A DNA stretch of 64,000 nt, from positions 434,001 through 498,000 of the forward strand of contig NW_026782836.1 of NCBI RefSeq assembly GCF_031769215.1, given 5' to 3'. The DNA comes from Ylistrum balloti. Lineage: Eukaryota. Position numbers and translations under genes: made by a program. Below, one piece after another: positions 53,704 through 64,000 of the stretch (positions are counted from its first letter, which is position 1; the number at the start of each line of letters is the position of its first letter). The notes beneath the pieces were generated by a model. It worked only from the letters and a program-made list of their open reading frames with translations. It was not told the DNA's origin and searched no databases.

Positions 53704-54310
53704 GGTGTCTAGAATATGTCAACGACTAGTCTCTTATTAGGACAGGTGTCCAACGACTAGTCTCTTATCAGGACGGGTGTCCAAGGCCTTGTCAACAACA
53801 AGCATCTTATTAGGACGGATGTGGAAGGCCTTGTCAACGACTAGTCTCTTTATCAGGACGGGTGTCCAAGACCTTGTCAACGACTAGTCTCTTATCAGGA
53901 CTGGTGTCCAAGGCCTTGTCAACGACTAGTCTCTTATCAGGACGGGTGTCCAAGGCCTTGTCAACAACAAGCATCTTATCAGGACGGTAGGGGAAGGCCT
54001 TGTCAACGACTAGTCTCTTATCAGGACGGGTGTCCAAGACCTTGTCAACAACAAGGATCTTATCAGGACGTGTGTCCAAGGCCTTGTCAACAACAAGGAT
54101 CTTAACAGGGCGGGTGTGGAAGGCCTTGTCAACGACTAGTCTCTTATCAGGACGGGTGTCCAACGACAAGGGTCTCATCAGGACGGGTGTCCAAGGCCTT
54201 GTCAACGACCAGGATCTTATCAGGACGGGTCTGCAAGGCCTTGTCAATGACAAGGGTCGTATCAGGATGCGTGTCCAAGGCCTTGTCAACGACCAGGATC
54301 TTATCAAGAC
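53704..54310. repeat. 42-bp minisatellite, about 14 copies (gtgtccaaggccttgtcaacgactagtctcttatcaggacgg)
   Basis: Direct reading; explains ORFs 53834-54358(-) and 54000-54344(+). Confidence 0.95.
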
Positions 54311-55014
54311 TGATGTCATATTAGGATATTTCGTCACAAGGTAACGGATTTTCATCATCGCCTCCTTATTTTTGCCGTTTTATCACCTCTACCTAATTTA
54401 TGATGACAAAACCCTTGTTTAAGGTTTTGTCGACTTATTGATATACCAAGAATACATCGATGTAGACGCTCTCGATAACATCATATCGTTTGTCTAGTAT
54501 AATTTTCATACAATGAAAGAAAATACATATTTTTACAGACTGGTTAAATAAGCTATAATCTTGTCAAAACATGTTAAATCACGGTGCTAAGTGGCTAAGG
54601 TATCTGACTGTCCTCAGCACTTGCCTTTTACCTCTGTGTCGCGGATTCGAGGTTTTCCCTTCCTACCTAAACCAAGCATATCCTTAAATGCCAATGGCGG
54701 TTGATAGAACGTAATCCAGCAATCATGTTGATTTACATCCCAGTTGGTTGATATTATTTCGCTGTGATATGTATCAACCATAATTTGCATAATATTTGAT
54801 CGATACAGTACCAAAAGAGTTTTGTACAATAGTCATTGACCCATGATAAAAACATATCATGTTACATTTACTGGTTCATTTTATATATTTTTTTCCTTGT
54901 AATTTAGTTTTGTCCTTTTTCAAAACATCTATAGCAGTGTTAGCGTTAAGTACTGGTGTTTTCGGGACGATGTGATATATTCGCATAAGCCTCTTTGTGA
55001 TAGTACGGAATTGA

Positions 55015-55230
55015 CGCCGACTTTATAGTGCTGTCACACTGAAACATTCTGCAACAGAACACACATGCAGGTCAAACCATATCTGACAACGAGCAAACCA
55101 TTGTTATACTACCTCAATGCGGAACGTTAAGCAGGGAGTAGTAATATACAATTTCAGAACATTCAGCATATCTCGGCCAGGGGAGAGAAACCAAGGCCTT
55201 CGTCATAGAGACGAACGCTAAAACCTAACA
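55015..55230 (-). mobile_element. Decayed tRNA-derived SINE relic
   Basis: ctttatagtgctg..acactgaaacat...tatctcggccagggg...aggccttcgtcatagagacgaacgct resembles a bivalve SINE read on its reverse strand (from recall); boxes are degenerate. Confidence 0.3.
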
Positions 55231-57094
55231 GTGAGATCAATTCTGCTTTATGGATATGGTAGTAATCGTCAGTCCGGAAAAGTTGGTTCTGGCTATTAGT
55301 AAACACTAACTGATGACTTCCGAAGGATTCCGGACTGAGTTGAGGTATCTGCCAGTAACAGAGCCATCCAAATTGGAACTGTCATCACTGATCATTTTAT
55401 GTTAAAGAATCGGTGAGTATTAGTTTAGGCTCATTTACTACAATATCTATATAAAAAAATGTAGATCCTGCTAAACAAAACTGACTACCTGATATTGTTA
55501 TCAGATTGGAAAAAAAAAAAATAATGAGTTCACAAAATAAAAAAGAGAAATGTCATATACAATTGGCATCTGGAAGAACCTTTTACAATTGAGCTGAACC
55601 TTCACCATAAATTCACTCACTGAAGCAGGGAGATACATTCTAATCCAAACTAATACCGTCGTCTGGACGGAGAATTAATTTTGCTGCATGCCCTTATAAA
55701 TCAGACAATTAATGTACATATCAAACACTATGTAATGCCGATTCCACGGTGCTGGCACACGGTATAAAGTACAAATCCATTACAGGAACGACCAGCAGAC
55801 TATATAAGGAATATGTCCTCCCCATGTAAAGTACAACGTCAACACCCCGTCGAGTGTCTACTAAGCAAACAAGAAATGCTTCATTAATAGTTAACATTGA
55901 AGGAAACTTTTACATCTGAACTTTCCATGACATTTTCGTGTTTCTATTTTGGTTTCAAGCTGCTTTAGTTCCTTTTTGCCGGCTATGGTGATGCTAGTAA
56001 ATTTATGGTCGTTTTCGGCCATGTGATTTCTCTATTCTAAGTACTTTACAACTAGAGCTGGTGAAAAAGCATTTGTTGACAATGGTTACTAAGTTGATAA
56101 AAACAACTGCAAGACATTATTGAATTATTTCGATTTGTTTTCACCGTTGAAGGTTACTGCGGTATAGAATGGTTTTCTGGCCCATTTACCGTCGTTGTAA
56201 CAGGCATGCGAAATAGATTGATAGATCCATAGTCGATAAACATAACATGAATATTAATAAAATCACTAAATGATTTCTCATTAAATGAAAATGCCATTTG
56301 CTGTTAAAACAAAAATCACGAAATCAATTATTCATCATATAAAGTCATGTGTACATGTAAATGGTGTTTTTACAGTAAACATAAAATTTAAACTCTAATT
56401 GCATGAAAATAGTATGTTACATGTTATCAACGCAAGTTTTGTAAGTTGTATCAAGAAATGACAGTTAAACTATTTTGCTATTGTTGTTATTTTTACCACA
56501 TTATATGTTTTATGTAGGGTACATTATGAAGTTTGTGATATACAGACAAATACAAGGAATACACATCATTTCAGTTCACTAGTGTCTTGTAACACTCCAC
56601 AAAATATAGTGTAAAACAGTCATCAATTTAAAGACAAAGGTGTGTGAAGTACATACCCCTAACACAAGTAAAAAACCTAGCCATGAACCTATAATAAAAC
56701 ACACACGACACGTCTACCAAATCCAGTTACTGCACACCGGGATTGTCCACCATATTTTTCCTCCTTTCGTCGAAGAATAGGAAGGACGAATTTATTACAG
56801 GGTGAAAATTTGTTACATTAATATAACCCGTAGAGGGTGAATAAACATGATGCGAATCCGTGTACTATTGTTAAAGGGAGAAAATAACCCTAGGCGAAAA
56901 TATCCCATTGTACAGTAATAGAAATCATTCTACTGGCTTATTAACACAGTCATATATCAGAGAGTATCAATTACAGATCATATATTCTAACACACAAAGT
57001 TACTTGATATTGACAGGAGGAAATTGAAACGGAATCACGTGAAAGACACGCTTATGTTGTAAGAAAACCACAAAACATAAAATGTGATACCTAA

Positions 57095-57375
57095 GATAAT
57101 TATTGTCACACATCCTGGGGGATGAATCAGATTACAGTAAATGACGATGTCATTTCTTATAATAATATATTTATTGTTACACATCATTGAGGATAAATAT
57201 GATTACAGTAAATGACGATGTCATTTCTTATAATAATATATTTATTGTTACACATCATTGAGGATAAATCTGATTACAGTAAATGACGATGTCATGCCTT
57301 ATAATTATATAATTATTGTCACACATCATGGGAGGATGAACCAGATGAATGACGCGGGGATGCCTTATCATAATA
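57095..57375. repeat. 71-bp tandem repeat, about 3.7 copies
   Basis: gattacagtaaatgacgatgtcat recurs at a 71-bp period (57130, 57201, 57272). Confidence 0.9.
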
Positions 57376-57899
57376 TAGTTACTTCACCTCAACAACTATT
57401 CGTTATATCCAGCTTATACGAAATCATTTTGGTGTAAAGATATAGTATCTTAAAAAAAAATCTCTGAAACAATAATATATTGTCTAGGCAAAATTATATG
57501 GCAATATAATACATTGTCTTAAACAAAACAATATGATTCGTGTAGATTATCAAATTTACCAGACTTATCTGATATACATATATTTATTATCAAAGTAGGA
57601 TGGGTCTGATTGAATGACGAAATCTTCAGCAGGCATAGTGGTATGGATGGCAGTACATCCACGCTATATACCAGTGTGATATTTCCATATCGCAACCTAG
57701 GGTTGAGATAGGTAGATTCTCTTGTATGATGTCAAAATAACAATTCACGGACGTCAAGCGATCCAATGACACTTTCGTTTCTATCGCGTCAGGTCAATAA
57801 CGCGAAGCAGTGGAGCATGAAATACGTAATAAGGTCAAGATGAATGATAATACGCCTTCTTGTTAGTGAGATAGGGATCTCAATTCTCGAGAAAAGATC

Positions 57900-59870
57900 A
57901 TTGATTTAGCAACACTAGGCAAGCTTGTGTTTGTTAACTCAATCATCTTCCCCTATAGCACCCCCAAGTGCGTGAAATATTCTTTCACTCTTAATCAAAA
58001 TGCTGCGCTGTAAGAACTGTTCATGTAAAGTCCTAAATCTAATGTAACCCGTCCGTTAATTCGAAGATTATTTCAAGAAACTAATGGATTCTGTTGAAAA
58101 TTATGCCATAGAATGGGTAAAACCAGAACAAACTGCGTTGGATGCATTTTCTGGGTATATTAAATCCATTCAGTGCATTATTCGTAAAAAATTTGCAGCT
58201 TGTGATCCAAAATGATCACAAAACACAGATATAAGCTTTCCTCGACCATGATGTTAAATCACATGAGAAGTATGTTGTGCCTGTGATAAGTCGTCAAATA
58301 TCTTGATCCCTGTCTGCAAACATTATCACAGTTACTATATACAAAATGAACAGGGCTTGCTTGAAAAGGAAGGAACCCCCAATTATACATTATGCAATAT
58401 TTCAAAAGACGAACTACTAACTAATCATGCTTCGGTGTTAAAATAATTCAAATTGCCTTTAAGAATACGGACCTCCCCCGTATATATTGGATTTCAAAAC
58501 CTCCCAAGAATCCAAATTAAACCGTTGTATTGCTAACACGTCTAGCTGTTCAACCTAGTGTTTGACAACACTACTAACTACCATTCTTAATAGTATCGAA
58601 TCTGGTTTACAGTCTTATTATCTTACAATATACTTCAGAAATGGAATTAATAGTATGTGGTTTTGAAGAACTCCAAAGAGCTTCTGAACAATATTCAACA
58701 CTCTATTCTATCAAAACATTTGATTTTCCATGTTTAAAATCATACCCTATTCTAAACTGAAAGAACTCCTTCGTACTGTTGTTACGTGAGTTTTCTTCTC
58801 CAAAAAAGGTGGACAGGGGTTTACATATATGGTCGCTAACTATTCTATGCGTCCAAATAAAAGAAGAAATATACAAGGGACGTTAGCATTAAGATGAGTT
58901 TCGTTTCTGGTTTAAAACATTTTTCGTTGAGTTCGGTGGTAAGATCTACCAACAGACTATTGGCTTACCTAAGGGAACTAACTGCACCTCTCTGTTGGTT
59001 GATTTGCTTTATTTTCATTTTCATACGAAACTGAATGTATCAGGAGCTTATCAAAACAGGTCATAAAGACCTTGCAAAGTCGTCTTATTTCACTTTCAGA
59101 TATATTGAAGTCGTCTTGCCTTTACATATAAAGAAATATATTGACGAAGAAAACTCCGAATGCTGTAGAGATATACTGACCTAAACTGATCGATCGGCGT
59201 TGTAATTTTGTAAGCTGATTTCTTATTTCTTACTTCACATGTGGTTAAAGTAGCAACTATAGGATATTTATAAAATTAATTTAAAAATATCGACGTTGGT
59301 TTAGTGTCACATAGTTCCTGTTTGGAATAGGTACAACATGCTACTAAGTATGAGCATATTTCAAAATGTGTTAAAAGTGGATGGATGTTTTACTTTGTAA
59401 GTGTGCTAAGCTGTAAAACTAACGATTTATATCAGAATATAGTTGGATAGTTGTTCATCACCTGTATGATAATCGTGATGATATCCCTGTATTCCCAACC
59501 TATGGTGTTTACATGCCACAGTGTATTAGATATTCTAGAGTCTTGTTCCCGTTATTGCGATTTTCGTGCAAAAAGTCGTCAACTGAAGGACAAACTCGTG
59601 ACACAGGGTTTCAAAAAATGCAGGTTGATGGAAATTGCGTGGAAGTTTTATGGTGTCTATAGTTATCTCATTGAGAAATATTCTATTTCTTTTTGCGATA
59701 AGAAGCTTGACATGTTTAATGCTCGTTAAATTGCCGGTTGGTTCCGTTGTTGTATACATTGTTCGCATCTGAGAACGTGATATTACTTACTTGAATTAAC
59801 CAAGGTTTATGTGGCGGATACCGTCAACTGATTCAACTAATCACGGACAGAAGCAAGATTAAAATCTTAT
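57900..59870 (+). mobile_element. Decayed Penelope-like retroelement (RT), Naiad-like
   Basis: Ordered relic motifs DSVENYAIEWVK, HEKYVV(V)P.DK, IYWISKPPKNP, IKTFDF, FVEFGGKIYQQTIGLPKGTNCTSLLVDL, FRYIEVVL (YIDD), then thumb ...CSRYCDFRAKSRQLKDKLVTQGF...KFYG...LIEKYS ending at a stop at 59729. Many stops and frameshifts; interrupted at about 59150-59450. Confidence 0.85.
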
Positions 59871-61254
59871 CTGAGAAGTTTGTGTCACGTGAGAGGTGAT
59901 GGATGACGACGACGTCAATTCAAGGTTACAGTTTTAAATAGGAAGCAAGCTATTAATCATAAAGTCATATTCCAGAAAATGTCATTATACTTCAAAAAAT
60001 CACCTTAATTAATCTCGATCACTTGTCAATTTGCACAATATCAGTTCCAGGCTTCAACTTCAAATAACCATACGTTACAACATGAATTCAGTTACTGAAG
60101 TATGCCAGTGTCGCTTCATATGAAATAATCTGAAAACAGAAAAGTGATTGTTAGATTTTATGACTGCGCCCTCAAATATACAAACTGCCATATTACCTTG
60201 TTAAGTTCCACATTAATCGAATTACTCTCGGTATCAATGGATATCTACGAAATCATCATTCTACCGTTTTCTATAAAGCTCTTTCTGTGACTATTGAATT
60301 AGCTACATGTAATTTAGTATACCTCAGAATATAACATTCAACGTTGTCTAATATGAAGTCCAGACAGTAATTGTTGGGATGGTATTGCTTAAAATATATC
60401 CGCATTGTGTTATTACTTGACCTGCAATAGAAAGTATGAGCTATGAATAAATATCGTACGTAACAACACAATTGCGAACTGTATTCTTAGTTTTAAGAAG
60501 TGTAGTTTGTATCCCAATGTGTGGTCTAAGGATTTGGTCGCCGTCAAGATTCATCAGGCCCTATATCCTTATCACGACAAAATCTGATTGAATCTAATAT
60601 GTCGGAACAAGGCGGAACGCTAATGGCTCCGGCAGGTACAACGAGGACATCTCCCGCCAAACCTACATTGACAAGGGGTAATTCTAGTGGCTGGCTTCTT
60701 CAGTCTTCCGGTACGCTGGTCAGCATCCATTTTGTCGTCTGTACTATCTAATCAGCACAAGACACATTAAAGGTTGAGGATTCCGGCACGTATATAATAC
60801 ATTTGTCACCATTTTGTCAGAAGACATTGGTTTTGTCGTTTGGTCAGTTCTAGAAGATACACTTCAGTAGTTTATTATTTAATTTCGTAGATATCTGTTA
60901 ATGGTTTCTCCTCTGGTTTTTTCTTAATGTCACAATCGCGTTAAAACAAATCCTAGTGTACATTGAATGTTCAATCAAGCAATCGAGTATTGCTTAAGTA
61001 AAACATATCCTATATCGGCCACCACAAGCATATATATTGGCCTGTTTCCGTTATCTCTATTTTCGTGCAGGAAGTCGTCAACAGACAGGACAAACTTTAA
61101 TTTGCCTGTTGGTTCCGTTGCTGTATAACTTGTTTTCATTTGCTGACCTGGATCCAACAACCATGGAAATAAAACTGTTTTTTTTTATTATTACTACGAG
61201 AACCTCTCATGATGTAGAGCCACTTGAGCGCTGACAATAATTTTCTAATAATAG

Positions 61255-61730
61255 TAAGTGACCGTGACCTTAAGACAACCCTGACATCCGAACGTCTTCA
61301 AGATATATCAGTGTTTTAGAAGTGTGTGAAGATTGATGAACGTCTTCAAATAGCTTGTTCACGCGGTGACAATGATTTTCTTAAAATACTGAAACTCAAA
61401 CATGTCAAAGATGTTTTTCTTAAAAAAAATATCCCATACGGAATGAAGCCGGTCGCGTGCCAGGAGATTTCCTAAAAATAGAAACAGTGACCTTGACCCA
61501 ACAAGACTGAAACTCGACTTTATCGTGGTATTTTGATGCTAATTCCTAAGACAATGAAGCCACTAGAAAGCTTAAATAACTTTATGAAATGATTATAGTA
61601 ATTTTGAAAACGACTCCACAATCTTGCAGCCCAAAGTTTTATTCATGTGTAAAGTTTCATGATAATACCTTAATGAATAAAACCGCTAGATCGCTGACAA
61701 ACTTTGTCACAGACGGACGGACTGACACAG
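61255..61730 (+). repeat. CvA/HINE-like non-autonomous element relic
   Basis: cagtgaccttgacc, aagtttcatga and a (GACG/GACT) microsatellite (cagacggacggactgac at about 61708), a combination typical of bivalve Helentron-associated/pearl-like repeats (from recall). Confidence 0.4.
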
Positions 61731-62675
61731 TACAGCTGGAGTGGAAACAACAAAGGTTTAGTTCCACTTCTCACTTTTACTAATCTAAAGCGTTGACATT
61801 ACAAATTGTTGTTTCGTGTATACACAGTCAAATTTAATGAAACATTGCAGAAACGTCGTAATGGAATGTTCTTTATCAAATACCTCAATCATAAATGTGT
61901 ACACCAAAAGGTGCCTACAAAGGGAAGAATTGTCTGTTGTGTTCTTAGCCGTATCGTATGTAAAATGCCCATTAGAAGGCATTCAACATGGTTTTGTCTA
62001 CATAATAACATAATGTCTATCAAATCAAGTCCAGGTTAAGCCAGGTATTCGCTTTTTTATTAAAGGGAAGGTATGACAAAGGAATCGAAATGAACCATTG
62101 ATACCGCTTGTAAGCTCGATCTAGAGCAACAATTTAATTATGTATCTACGTCACTTTAATTAATTGGTATTCGGTTATTGGACACCTGAATGATTAATAT
62201 GTAAGACTTTTTATGTATCTATATACAAATATCTTATATTTGAGCTACCACACAATGCACCTTTTATTAATAGATTTAAACATTTTTTTTTAGGATTGTT
62301 ATCGTGAGCTTTGTGAAATCCTATCTGCTTGCCAGGAAGTAATTTATATTGTAGTAAAGTAACCTTGGTGTTTAATTTCCGATATTGCCTTACAAACACA
62401 CTGTAATTCACGTGCAGTGTGACTTATTTCACGATAATTACAACTGTATATATAGATACAATAGACCTATTGTACTGTGGACATGATAAAGGAAATGAAA
62501 TATTGTTACATAATTACGACAAACCTGTAATAACAATTAGAAATATTGAGGAACCAGACTGATCTCTCTCTGTGGAGTAATTATTATTATTTGTTGTATT
62601 ACTCTTTGGTAAAGATAAACAAACAATAAAAGTCGTCGGGGAGAGGGGGTGGGGGGTAATATTGGTATTGGTAAC

Positions 62676-63590
62676 CAGTAATATTGGTTCATACTCCCCA
62701 CCATTTATTGTAATTGTAGGTCTATACAGCCAATGATAGACGTCAGTGATGTTGATTCATACTCCCCAACATTTATTGTAATTTTCTGTCTATACAGCCA
62801 ATGATAGACGTCAGTGATGTTGATTCATACTCCCCACCATTTATTGTAATTATCTGTCTAAACAGCCAATGATAGACGTCAGTGATGTTGGTTCATACTC
62901 CCCACCATTTATTGTAATTGTAGGTCTATACAGCCAATGATAGACGTCAGTGATGTTGGTTCATACTCCCCAACATTTATTGTAATTGTAGGTCTATACA
63001 GCCAATGATAGACGTCAGTGATGTTGGTTCATACATCCCAACATTTATTGTAATTGTCTGTCTATACAGCCAATGATAGACGTCAGTGATGTTGGTTCAT
63101 ACATCCCAACATTTATTGTAATTGTCTGTCTATACAGCCAATGATAGACATCAGTGATGTTGATTCATACATCCCATCATTTATTGTAATTGTAGGTCTA
63201 TACAGCCAATGATAGACGTCAGTGATGTTGGTTCATACTCCCCAACATTTATTGTAATTATCTGTCTAAACAGCCAATGATAGACGTCAGTGATGTTGGT
63301 TCATACATCCCAACATTTATTGTAATTGTAGGTCTATACAGCCAATGATAGACGTCAGTGATGTTGGTTCATACTCCCCAACATTTATTGTAATTGTAGG
63401 TCTATACAGCCAATGATAGAACTCAGTGATGTTGGTTCATACTCCCCACCATTTATTGTAATTTTCTGTCTATACAGCCAATGATAGACGTCAGTGATGT
63501 TGATTCATACATCCCAACTTTTATTGTAATTTTCTGTCTATACAGCCAATGATAGAACTCAGTAATATTGGTTCATACCCCCCAAAACAT
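62676..63590. repeat. 68-bp tandem array, about 13 copies
   Basis: catactcccc recurs at 62690, 62758 and 62826 (period 68); unit catactccccaccatttattgtaattgtaggtctatacagccaatgatagacgtcagtgatgttggtt. Confidence 0.97.
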
Positions 63591-64000
63591 TCATTTTTTC
63601 TAATTGCAGCTATGAAGTTAACCAGTAGGGAATCGCGTTCAGATGGTGGGATGATGTGCTGGTTCCCTTAACCCTTTTTTAATCTTTTAGAAGTTTTTGA
63701 CCAGAATAATGTCCTGACATTTATTTTTCATGGTGTTTTCATTTTTAGCTGTTCAATGAAATTTTCTATGTCAGACATTTCAGTATTTAAAAATTGCTTT
63801 TATTTTCAACTTTATCGTGTGTTGGTGGCGTTAGGGGAGGTAGAATGGGTTCTGATATTACGGTGCAGTTGTTGTTCACCGTGTTCAGATCTACGTCAGT
63901 CACGCTTGGATGCACGTGTGTTTCATTCGTGTTCTTGCCAAACATATCTAGAACAGCCATTAGTGTGGATCAAATTCGGTTGGTATTTCTACCAAGTTCA

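Noticed and set aside
53834-54358. 174-aa repetitive ORF as a real CDS
   Set aside because: It is a product of the 42-bp minisatellite, changes repeat frame through indels, and has no splice or domain support.
54575-54665. Possible SINE 5' head (gtggctaagg...gcggattcgag)
   Set aside because: Boxes are too degenerate and no recognisable core follows.
62636-62657. G-quadruplex candidates here and at about 3787-3803
   Set aside because: Only three clear G runs each.

Overview
AT-rich eukaryotic (metazoan) DNA, most likely from a bivalve mollusc. This host assignment is an inference from the repeat families (Penelope-like elements, tRNA-derived SINEs, TGACCTTG/ACGG-type repeats), not a database result. 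The first half holds the 3' part of an intact multi-exon receptor guanylyl cyclase gene on the + strand: 13 exons at 4623-31065, 618 aa in one open frame, covering the kinase-homology domain, signalling helix, cyclase domain and a long tail. Its sequence is strikingly close to vertebrate retinal/sensory GC (GUCY2D/GUCY2F type). Its introns carry a decayed mariner, two SINEs, a 200-bp foldback and decayed copies of a hammerhead-ribozyme-like repeat. The second half has no recognisable host gene. It contains a 4.3-kb 32-bp satellite, then a nested stack (an Academ-type transposon inside a short repeat inside a PIF/Harbinger element, next to or within the satellite edge), 42-, 71- and 68-bp tandem arrays, and a decayed Penelope-like retroelement. 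No CRISPR, rRNA or functional tRNA gene was seen. Most ORFs in the supplied track are spurious or are intron-flanked exons.
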